A DNA stretch of 64,000 bases. Origin: Geosiphon pyriformis uo1 (Eukaryota; Fungi; Glomeromycota). How positions within the stretch are numbered: position 1 is the first letter of the stretch; each line of letters begins with the position of its first letter. Shown one piece after another: positions 1 to 10,965 of the stretch. The notes beneath the pieces were generated by a model. That model was not told the DNA's origin. It worked only from the letters and a program-made list of their open reading frames with translations, and did no database searches. Position numbers and translations under genes: made by a program. The stretch is taken from positions 62,001 through 126,000 of the forward strand of contig JAAOMT010000563.1 of the NCBI GenBank assembly GCA_016748015.1, given 5' to 3'.

Positions 1-615
1 ATGGTTATTTATAAAATATCTTAGTTTTATGTTATAATTAACAATAGAATTGTATTTTGTTAAAGCAATATAAAAAAAATTAACAATATAATTAACCAAA
101 TTTATAATTAAATCTGTTTTATTTTCTATTTTCTATTTTTTTGTTATATGCTTAAATTGTTAACTAATTGGGTATTTTTACTTGCAATTTGCTTTTTAAA
201 TTTAATGTTAAAATTAAAAAAAACCAAAAATTGTTAATTATCTTATAAAAAATTAAAGTTTAATAAAAAACCACTTTATGCTATATTTTTAACTTATATT
301 AATGGATTTGAAAAGTTGGCAAAGCAATTTTTTGTAATAATATTTTAAGTGTTTTGATTCCAATAGTAAATACTTGTAAATGAATAAAACTGCAACTACC
401 ATTTATTAAAATAGAAAAAAATGGTTTTACATATTATAAATTAGTTTGAATGGTTAATTACATATAAAAAGTGCACGGTTTATATTTACAATAAACATGC
501 ACATATACTATAATGTAAATTGTAAAAAAGCTACACTTAAAGCAATAAAAAAACTAATACATGGCGAATGGCGAATGGCGAATAGAGTATTGTGATAAAA
601 TTGGCAAAAACAAAT

Positions 616-638
616 TCGCGTGCGAGGATAAGACGCGT
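616..638. promoter_or_regulatory. MCB/E2F-like CGCG elements upstream of the BRL1-like gene
   Basis: TCGCGT at 616-621 and a perfect MluI box ACGCGT at 633-638, about 160-180 nt upstream of ATG 799, at the edge of a CpG-poor AT-rich region. Further CGCGT copies lie near 740 and 758. Confidence 0.35.
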
Positions 639-798
639 GAAAGTATACCATTTTCTCCGTTAAACTTGATGAACATGTCATGATTAGTCAGAGGATTCGG
701 CGATAGTGCTTAGCCTTAATTGGATTGGTTGGCAGAATGCGCGTTGTTATATCCGCCGCGTGTATTACCGAATCACTTTTCCAACTTATAATTTTGCC

Positions 799-3097
799 AT
801 GGCTTCTCAAGACCAAGAACCTCCAAAAGCAAGGGGCTTGGGATTTGTATCGATTCCTCAAATGTCAGAAGAGCTTGCTTCGTTGGATTCCAACAACCTT
901 TTGGGAGGCAAAAGAACTTTAGAAGAAAGCCAAGATGATATCCTGAGTCATGAAATTTCTGGGCTTTCTGTAGGTCATGAAAGGTCAGGCACTTTTATAT
1001 CGAGTCCAAACCGAAGGGAGTCAGGGCCACTTTTCGGTAATTTTAGAGAGGAAACGATAAAGAGTGAACCTCAACTGGAAACAAAAAACCTTGGAATTTC
1101 TCAAGACTTCAACTTCGTTTTTAAGGCGCCTAACAAAAGGGAGTTAAATCCATATACGATAAATCAAATAGAAAAGTCTATACAATTTGACCCTCAACAC
1201 GAAAACAAGAAACCAAACGATTCCATTGATTCACAAAAAAGCGAAGATATTAATTTTGTCTTGAAGCCGCCAAGCAGACGCCAGTCCCTGCTGCCAGGAA
1301 ACTCAGAAAGTGAGAAATCACCAGCAATTCCCAATGCAGCTGATAAATTCCACGATTTTCAGCTTTCGAGAATACCAGAATCCTCAATATCAGGTACACC
1401 AACCAAACTAGACTCAAATAATAAGGATCTGGCTACCGATCAAGATAAAATATCGAATGCAACCAGATTTACCGAAGACTCTCCATTCTTGGTTTCTCCA
1501 CAGCAATCTGCTAACTTGATTAACAAAGAGACCACAAGATTTATGAGGACAATCAAGCAAGATGCATTGGAGAATAATCAATGGCCTCCAACAAAACGTA
1601 AACGATCAATCGTCTTTCTGTTTCTCTCCAATCTATACTGAGCGTTGAAAACAAAACATTATGTGACTTTTACTCGAATACCGAATCTTTCGTTCTCTTT
1701 TTCCCCAGATGCCAGTCAAATACCTTACAATGTACCTTTCCTTTTTTCCCCTAAAATGGACGGCTCTTCTGTGGCTTCGGAAGAAAATACTTATACTGGT
1801 CCAATGCCTAGAACCATATCTGGAAATGTCATTAGAAGAAGGACGCGGGAAAAAAGATACAAATATGAATCGTCCAGGATGAGGATGAGGATACAGCAAA
1901 AGAAAAGCATTTTTGATATCGAACCCATTGATAGCGACCATGAGGTCGACAATGAAAGAATGCTAGGACAAATTGCATCAAGGCAAATTACGCAAAATTT
2001 TATCGAAGGAATTCATCAACCTGTGAATCAACCTATTACTGAAACACGATATAATATTGATTTCGCTAATAGAATATCAAGGTCATTGTTAATTATATTT
2101 TCCTCCTTAATGCCAAATTTTCACTAAACCAATATTATGAATTTGACATCTCAAATACATTCACAGATGCCTGTGTCTGGTTCCTCAGATCATCATTGTT
2201 TTCTTTCTTATTTGGTTTATTGGACAATTTGCCTCTGATGTAAACTGGATTATTGGTGAAAATTTGCAAGGTAGGTGGTATTCGTCGATTTTCAAGGCAA
2301 TAACAACCCTATTTCAATTTCCGAGTTCCAAATATTCTCTTATAGATCGTATTCACGAAACAAGAGAATGTTCAAAGAACTATTATCAGAATCGATGTGA
2401 ACCTGATAATAGGGTGCCAGCCTTGAATGCTCTTTGTACTAAATGGGAACAATATCCTTTTTGAATCAGATTAAAGTTTAAAAGGAAATTTACTTTTTCT
2501 CTTCAATACCTATTTTGTCGACCTTGACCATTTCGATATTTGGACACATGCATGAATCGCAACCCAATTGTTGCCAAGTAAGTTATTATCCTAGGTTTTA
2601 AATTAAGAGTTTTCTTTCAATTATTCCGACCCGTTTCTTATTTTTATAGAGCTGAAGTATCTGCCGAGGTCATTGGCAAAGTGGTGAATCGGCTCATCGA
2701 ACAACTTTCATATAAGGCCATGGTATATCATTATATTGCTTTATCATATTCAATGACCGAGTAAATTTAATATTTCTTGAAAACTTAGGGCTTCTTGGGT
2801 GGTGCTTTTGTCATTTCTCTTGCAGTGGTGGTATATTTTCGATCACGTACTCAATCTGCACTTCCTAGTACACCTCATCATCCCGGTCTCTATTCGGCGT
2901 CAAATACCCCACTATCGTTTCCCATAACCCCTATGACACCCCTATCACCTTCCTCAGCACAACAAATTTATTCCCCAATCGGACAAGTGCAACAATACAA
3001 CCAAACACCAGTTCGACATCCATCCTCACCAAAACCTCATCAGGCTTATCGAAATACAGATATGTATTACGTTGTTTCACCTACTCATACAGTTTAA
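799..3097 (+). CDS. BRL1: Brl1/Brr6-family nuclear envelope protein (multi-exon)
   Basis: Long low-complexity N-terminus from ATG 799, then a hydrophobic segment. The spliced four-Cys domain reads ECSKNYYQNRCEPDNRVPALNALCTKWEQ|CMNRNP (Brr6-like C-C domain), followed by a second TM segment (GGAFVISLAVVVYF) and stop TAA 3095-3097. Confidence 0.8.
2452..2547 (+). other. U12-type AT-AC minor-spliceosome intron in BRL1
   Basis: 5' splice site ATATCCTTT (2452-2460), branch site ACCTTGAC (2521-2528), ends in AC at 2546-2547. Removal gives in-frame KWEQCMNRNP and restores the conserved Cys. Confidence 0.9.
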
Positions 3098-3414
3098 ACC
3101 CAGCGATACCAAATTTGGGAGGAATTCATTTATTATCTTTGTGTCCCAATTGATTTTGATCATGGTTGAGTTCAAATAATTAATTTTAAAGTTCAGCACA
3201 CTAATAATTTAGCATTCAAGTGTATAAAAATGCAGCTCAGTAACCGTTTATTGATAAGCAAGAAAATGATAATCATTTTTACAATGATTTATCTGCTGAA
3301 CATATTCAAACAAAGATTGAACATATTCAAACAAAGATTAACAATATTCTGTTTAGATTTGCAAGTATATAAATATAAAATACAAGATGGAAGACATTTG
3401 GTAGTTCATCAACT

Positions 3415-5567
3415 TCAGCCACCACCACAACCACCACCACAACCACCACCACAGCCACCACCACAGCCACAACTACCAGCAGAATGATCTGTACTAATGG
3501 AAACATCCAATGTCATAGCATTGCTTGCTAGGCCTGGTGATCAACCAAAAAATTGAGATTAAATATCTTTAGAATATTTTCAAAAAGTTCAAAACAAGAT
3601 TTAAAGTTAGAAGTACAATCAATACCGTTACTGTCGCTTATTCCAGATGAGTCGCCTCCATAAAAGAACGATCCATTGTTCCTAAAAAAAAAATTTTAGA
3701 TTCGTAGAGAAATCCAAGAAGGTTTCTTCAAAATGAATAAAAGTTGGCAACCAAACTAACCTTTTGATTTTTTTCTCTTGAAGTACTTTTGATTCATTGG
3801 TCTTTTTAGCTTTCTTTATTTTCCGTTTTAAATAAAACGGAGACGATATCATACCCTTCAATTTTCGCAATATTGTATTCGTATATTTTTCGGAATTGTG
3901 AATACAATAAGGTTCTTGATACTTCTTGTACCAAGCACACATTGTAATTTTAAGCGCGCTAGAAAGAATGATTTTAGGTATGGTATCATCATGGTCAATA
4001 ACTCGGCCAATTTCAGATTTAGTCATCTGACGGTAGAGTGAAGCGTGAAGAAGATGGGTATGCCAAGCGAGATCAATATCAAGTGCTGGAACCAGACAAG
4101 TTTTTGGGTTTTCTTTCATTAATAACAAGAACCTATCATATCGAATGGTTGCTTGCGAAAGTATTTGCATATTATTGATCCAATTGGGATTATCGTGAAT
4201 CATTTTCTTTGTAAATTCGCGTTGTCGAATAATAGCAGCTATAAGGCTGATGGAGAATGGAAATGGGATGTCACAGTAAGAGCTGTAAATACGATCGATA
4301 ATTCCTTTTCGTATTTTTTGTAGTTCGCCACGTTTTTCTAAAGTTTCGATGATTTTTCCAAAAGTGGATTTTATTTTCGACCATGTGCATTTCGAAGCAC
4401 TGTTTCGTGATTGAGTGAGAAGGTCGGTGAGGATATTTTGATTCAAGCCAAATAATATTTCAGAATCCGCTCGGGCCAGAGATTCAGATTTTTGGCCAGT
4501 GGCTAAATCGACTAAAAGACCACTTAACACCAAAATGAAATGCACAGAAAACGGGATTGGTTAGAAAGCTCGAGATGATTTAAAAATGAGGATATAGAGA
4601 ATTACCCGACAAAATCTTGTTTATTGTTCATGTATTTTTCCAAGTCATCTAAAAATCTTTTTGCACTTAGTTGGTCGCGGGATAGGTGTTTTAAACATCG
4701 GGTGCAAGGTATTACGTGATTGGCGGTCATGAATTTTACGTAATCCGATCTGAAGAGATTATATTTATTCAGACATTGGCATCCCTTCCTTTAAATTTTG
4801 GGAATACTCATCGGTAAGTTGAGAATAAAGATATTAAGCATATGCTCACGGGCTGACTGTCACAAATATCTTGCACCATCCGCATTCAATCTTAAAACTT
4901 GAGTCATCTAAGGGATCAAGAATCCAAGGTTGGGAAGTTTTTTCCTCCCAGACTTTTTTCGAGTGTTGTTCGATGTCACCAGATTGATTCAAAGACCACA
5001 TTTCATGCTTTCAAAAAATAATTGAGAAAAGGCCAGCAAATATGAGATGAGGTTTAAAAACCTGGATATGATGAACAAATTCTCAAAAAAGAAAGAGAAA
5101 AGCAAAATTTTAAAGACAAGAGGTTTACCAATCTTTTTAATGGAAAATCAAGATTTTCTAATCTTCCATCATTATATCGTAACATATCCTCATAATAGCG
5201 TAAGGGGGAAAGACAATGTGCGTGCCATACATAGCATACATCTAGAATTTATAAATATGGTAGAAGCTTGCTTCTTTTACACTTTTGAACCATGTAGCTT
5301 ATTGAACTCACCAATAGGAGGTAAATATGTGACTTCAAGGATTCGATCATGAACCTGGACTGTACCAAGCTTTTCATGAGTGAGTTGTTCCTTTTCGTCT
5401 GTTCGTAGACATTCCAACCACAACATGTATCGGTTCTGAGCACGTAACAGGTATTTTATGTCTTGTTCCGGGTTTGTGGTTTGTTCTAACACGCTAAACT
5501 TTGACAAAAGGGCCAAGTGAGCTTGGAGGGTGTTGGGGGTAACCACCTCCAAAAATTTCTCACCCAT
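3415..5567 (-). CDS. Glycine-rich domain-containing protein (GRDP/DUF1399 family), multi-exon
   Basis: Two DUF1399-type motifs, LPPI|DVCYVWHAHCLSPLRYYEDM and LVPALDIDLAWHTHLL...IDHDD. The C-terminus is GSCGCGGGCGGGCGGGCGGG followed by TGA at 3417-3415. Confidence 0.8.
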
Positions 5568-6541
5568 GTTTAGGAGGGTGGTTTTTTCAAAAGATGAAAA
5601 AAAGGCAGTGGAAAAACTTTGTAAAAAGTTAGGAGTTCTCGAATTTGATTGTGTGTATTACATATCAAGACTTTAAAAGATGCGATATTTTCTAATCTAA
5701 TCATAATTCAGTTGTTTGTCTACTACTCGTTTAGGATAATTTAGACAAGACAATGGAGAACTTTGTTTGGTCTAGCTAAAGTTTCATTTAATTTTGTTAA
5801 CAACTTATCATTTTTCACACCGTGGAAAACAAAGAAATTAAAAGAACTCGTCCAGAAGCTCATGTTAATACAGCATTCATATGTAAAAAGAATCTACCAA
5901 AATTATCATAAATAAATAACTTGAATTTTTTGTAAAATTTGTAATTGAAATTAAAATATTAATGTCAATAATTATAAGCTTTTTTGTATTTCATTTTTAA
6001 AACAAAAAATTTTAACAAAATTTATTTTACTTAAATATTCAAATACAGTATTCAAATAAAATTATCAAAAAATACAAAAAACAAATTAAGGTTATAAAAT
6101 AAATATTAAAACATTTAACAAAAAATAATTTTAATATAAATATTTTATAAATATTAAATACCAATTTGATAAATTTTCAAGATTTACCAATTCAGAAATA
6201 AAATTTAAAACAAAAAAAAATTATTTGTTTTGTTATCTAATTAAAATTATTTTACTTAAACATATATATTTTATTCAATTTAAAATATTAAAGTTTTTTA
6301 AAAATGTAAATTTAATCTAACAAATAAATTATGTGTATAAAATATAAAATATTTGTTATATTTGTGATCTAATCATTAATTACGTTTCTGATCTTTTTAT
6401 CTTTATTATTATCATTATTAAGTTGCTAGACTCAAATATTATACAGAAAATTAAAATTTTATTGCACTACTCTTCAGCTCACAAAATAAGTTGTTTTGAA
6501 AGGTTCATTTCCCACTATAATTGCCTTTTTATAACTTCCAA

Positions 6542-8964
6542 ATGAACACCATAACAAAAGAGTTGTCTTTACGAGATCAGCAAATTGGTAGGTCATGATT
6601 TGATATATCAAAGAGAATTGTTTTTGAAAAGATTTCTTGTATTCTTGAACTTTCATGTTGTTCATAATAAGAGGCAATAATCACTATGCTGAACCTCAAC
6701 ATAAAGCCTGACCCTACAATACCTACAACTTCTGAGGCTTTGGTTGATACTTCCCATGTCGATCTTGTATGGAAGGTGTTAATATTCGACGATTTTGGTC
6801 GAGATATCATATCTTCAGTGTTAAAAGTAAACGATCTCCGAGAAAATGGTGTGACTGTCCACATGTAAGTTTTGAAAATGAAATAGCGAAGAGGTCTAAC
6901 ATCCATTTACTTGCTCATTCTGCCCGTATATCTTTTTTTTTAATTCACAGGTCATTGAAAAGCGACCGACAGTCTATTGCTGATGTTCCTGCGGTATATT
7001 TTGTTGAACCCACTTCCGAGAACATTCAACGTATTAGTGAGGTAACACCACTCGTTCATAAGTTTATGTACACCAAGATCAATAAATATTGGTTACTAAC
7101 TGAAAAATGATTTATTTCAAAGGACGTATCTAGAAATCTATACGAGTCTTATTACATTAATTTTCAAAATTCGATTCCTCGAACTTTACTCGAGGAACTT
7201 GCTGCCGCCACGATACCAACAAACACATCTAATATGATCGCTCAGGTTTACGATCAATATTTAAACTTCATTGTTCTAGAATCAAATTTATTTTCCCTCA
7301 ATCAAAAAAACATTTACCATTCGTTAAATGATCCGATTGCTGCTGAGACTTCAATCGAGCGAGTAATTGATTGTACAGTGAATTCTCTTTTTTCAGTCTT
7401 AGTGACGATGGGTGTTATTCCGATCATAAGATGTCCTCGTGGAAATGCAGCCGAGATAATTGCTCAAAAGTTGGACGGTCGTTTGCGGGATCATATTCTG
7501 AACTCGCGGAATAATTTATTCGCAGAAACTACTGCGACATTGAGCTTTCAGAGGCCTGTTTTGATAATTCTTGACAGAAATATAGATTTGGTTCCGATGT
7601 TGAGTCATTCCTGGACTTATCAAGCTTTGGTACATGATGTATTAGATCTGCATTTAAACAGGATTACCCTGGAAAAGGAGGAGATGGGACGAACAACGAA
7701 AAAGAGTTATGATTTAGATAGTAAAGACTTTTTTTGGGCGAAAAATGCGGCAAGTCCTTTCCCCCAAGTAGCAGAGGACATTGATGTAGAATTAAATCGA
7801 TACAAGTCGGATGCTGCAGAGATTACTAAGCTTACCGGTGTAAACTCTTTGGATGATTTTGATCAATCCGACTTTTCTCATAATACTCAACATTTGAAAT
7901 CTGCAATCACTGCCCTTCCCGAGCTTACAGCACGTAAACAAACTTTGGATATGCACATGAACATTGCAACTTATTTATTGCAAGGTATTGGGGATAGAAA
8001 GCTTGATAATTTCTTCCAACTCGAGGAATCAATTACGCGTCAGAACAAATCAACAATACTCGATGCTCTTAAAGACCCCGAGAAAAAATCTTCACAGGAT
8101 AAGCTTCGTCTCTTTATAATATTTTATCTTTCTGTTGATGAAGTCACGCGGGAGGATATGTCTGATTATGAAGCTGCCTTACGTGAGGCTGGTTGTAATT
8201 TAGCTGCGCTGGAGTATGTCAAAAAGTAGGTAATATTTCTAAACCTCTAAAATTGAATCTTTAGTTATGCCTATATTAGAAATCAAGATTTTTTTATCAG
8301 AGTCCGAGAAATTACTCGGATGAATATCATGTCGAATCCAGTGCCTCAGAGTTCAGGGTTCGGTTTTCAGGGCTTTAGCTCTATCGGAAATAAAGTGGGT
8401 CCTCATTTTATTTCAACCTAATTCCATTTAGATTAATTTTAAAGCAAATCATATATTAATCCACTAAATAAATGATAATTTTTCAGCTCACCGATCGACT
8501 CAAAGAAGGTGGATTAGGTGGTGGCTTTGAGAATTTAATTTCTGGGGTCAAGAATTTACTTCCAACACGCAAAAATTTAACCTTGACAAGAATTGTCGAA
8601 TCAATCATGGAACCAACCACCGCGACTGCACCTGAGACTGATGATTATCTTTGGTTCGACCCAAAATTGTCTCGAAATTCTAGCACTAAACAACCTCGGC
8701 ATAAACATGCTTTTCAAGAAGGCATTGTTTTTATGGTTGGTGGTGGAAATTATATAGAATATCAGAATTTGCAAGAATTCTCTCAGGTAAGGGGCAAGGC
8801 TTTTGACTCGTCAAAGTTCATATTCACTCTATACAAATTAATTTGCCATTATGAATTATTGGAAAATACAACAGCGCCAAGCTGTCAAAAAGAAAATTAT
8901 TTATGGGTCGACCGATATATTGAATCCGAACTCATTCCTCAAAGAGCTCGAGATGCTGGGTTGA
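6542..8964 (+). CDS. SLY1: Sec1/Munc18-family vesicle trafficking protein Sly1 (6 introns)
   Basis: Motifs SLRDQQI, WKVLIFD...[81 protein letters not shown] and YGSTDILNP. Canonical GT-AG introns; stop TGA 8962-8964. Confidence 0.95.
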
Positions 8965-9975
8965 AACAATTAACGATCTAAATCGAAGATATAGATCCGT
9001 AAAAATTTGAGCCTATTGTCACCCTATAAATACAAACCCAGGCGCCATTGGTTGGGAGTGAAGAAGCAATCTTAACTTTTTGATTACCTTTTATTTTTAT
9101 TTCTCTTAATGGATAATTGCTGTGACTGATTTTACGTACAATTTGGACTTAATTTAAATAGTTTGAGTAAATATCAGACCGAAATTTTGCTATTCCTATT
9201 TGAGCTTCATATTAATGTCTATCAATAAAAATACTTCGCAATGCTTATTATTTGCCTGTCTTGCCTAAAAAGAATGAATATCTTTTTCCCATGGTAGTTT
9301 TACATAAACGTATATTGTAAAGTAAATCTTTTTGCAACATATTATAATTAAAAATTGATTTGTATATAAAAAAACTATTTTTGAAAATAATAAACACATT
9401 TTTTAAATTAAAAATTAAAAAACTTTTGTTTTTAGTGCCAGCCTTCTTGTGTTGTAATTTATTTTGTGAATGCAAGTTTATTTTAATTTCAAGTAAATTT
9501 AGGCTTTGGAGAATTTTTAAGTCAAAGAAAAATATTACATTACACATGTTTCGATAGATTGTTTAAACACCAACATTCATTAGAGCTGTGAATTCAAAAC
9601 AAATGATAAGATTGTATTCTACTCATCTCATTTTCCTGTGATCAAAGAATATTTCCCCAGATTATTTGATTTTGATCCTTACTGTTTTCCCGAAGTAATT
9701 ATACAGATCCAGTCAAAAATTTCTTATTGTATCAACAGAGAACCTTCAAAATTCGACAAAATTATAACTAAATTAATAAAAAATTTCAAATCGTCGATTC
9801 AACTATTATTTCTTGCAATTCCTCACTAGAGATTCCAAATATTTTAAAATTAATTCATATATTCATATATTGTGTGTTGGTTATAGATTAATGATTCAAA
9901 GGAACTAAAACTTTGTTGGATTGGTAGTTAATTCTTCTTTCCCTGTAATTTAGATGAGAATGAAATTTATTAAAA

Positions 9976-10440
9976 TTGTTCGAGCATCGGAATTTGAGGG
10001 ACCTCTCGAAAGAACCCTGGATGTCACTAGTTTCCACCGGTCTGCCATCAGAGATGGCAGGCAGAAAAGCCGGTGGCTTACCTGTACAAGCAGAACGTTT
10101 GCCGTCAGGGATGGGAGGCAAGGTCGTTCTGCTTGCACTTCTGCTCACCGGTCGTCAGAGATGGCAGACTGATGAGCAGGCGTTGCTTCGAGATCACCGT
10201 CAGAGATGGCAGGTGATTGTCTCTCGTCGCACTTGCAGCAGCGTCCGCCGTCAGAGATGGCAAGTAGGACGTGTGAAAACGAATAAACTCACCTTAGCCA
10301 TTCTCACAGTACCCTCAAGGGCGCCGACAAATGCGACGGTCAAAATAACAGCGTAAACACCAAGAAACGCTTTGTTCAGTTTTCCACCTCTAAGATAAAG
10401 GGGTTTATGGGAAGACTTGTTGACCAAGACGAAACCGAAT
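9976..10440 (+). ncRNA. Candidate structured non-coding RNA with five motif-capped hairpins (family unassigned)
   Basis: Five copies of RTCAGRGATGGSA start at 10047, 10104, 10154, 10199 and 10250, each at the apex of a different complementary stem. A closing helix pairs 9994-10002 with 10309-10318, and a second paired domain spans 10338-10425. It is a GC/CpG-rich island in an AT-rich intergenic region with no credible ORF. Confidence 0.6.
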
Positions 10441-10965
10441 AAATGGTTGTCATAATATAGTTTTCCGAGTTTTTATTAATTCAAAAGGGGTATGTTACAT
10501 CCAATTTTTTTTACCTGAAAATGTTTTTGTAATTCAATCACTCTATTTTCTGGGGGTTTACCGAATAATCCCATTTTGTGTCAAGAAGAGGGAAGGATTT
10601 GTATAAAATAAACCTGGGAATATACAAGTAAAACGTTTTATGATAAAACTTTTTAAGTGAGTTCGAGGACCTTTAAAAATCTAGTCATTTCCGATTTAAC
10701 TAGTGTCTGCACCCTCATAATTCTGGCCGCCACTAAGAAATGGTGAACCTGGGGTGAATTTATTTTTAGGAACACTAAACTTGGATATTTGACCTTTAGT
10801 TTGATGGATTTTAACGCCGACCATTTTACAAAAATTCTGTACCGGAGGTTTTTGCTTAGTATCGAATTTTGAAATTTCAAATTAGTTCAAAATGTCTGGT
10901 TGAATATTGATATTTTAGTTTTAACACATCTCACACTAATCAAAAGGAAAACGCTTGATGTGATG

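Noticed and set aside
3230-3487. + strand ORF with PPPQ repeats
   Set aside because: Antisense shadow of the GGGC-repeat C-terminus of the GRDP gene.
10169-10195. Hammerhead ribozyme core (CTGATGAG)
   Set aside because: There is no GAAA after a stem II and no matching cleavage arm; the bases are already explained as the 3' strand of hairpin 3.
10047-10262. CRISPR- or TIGR-like array (short repeat with ~35-nt unique spacers)
   Set aside because: The repeat is only 13-16 nt, the spacers base-pair across each repeat, and there is no cas/tas gene in this intron-rich eukaryotic context.
9888-10356. Short ORFs over the GC-rich island (e.g. 9976-10356 with repeated RQRWQ)
   Set aside because: By-products of high GC and the repeated motif. 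The motif is read in different frames, the start is non-ATG and I recognise no homology.
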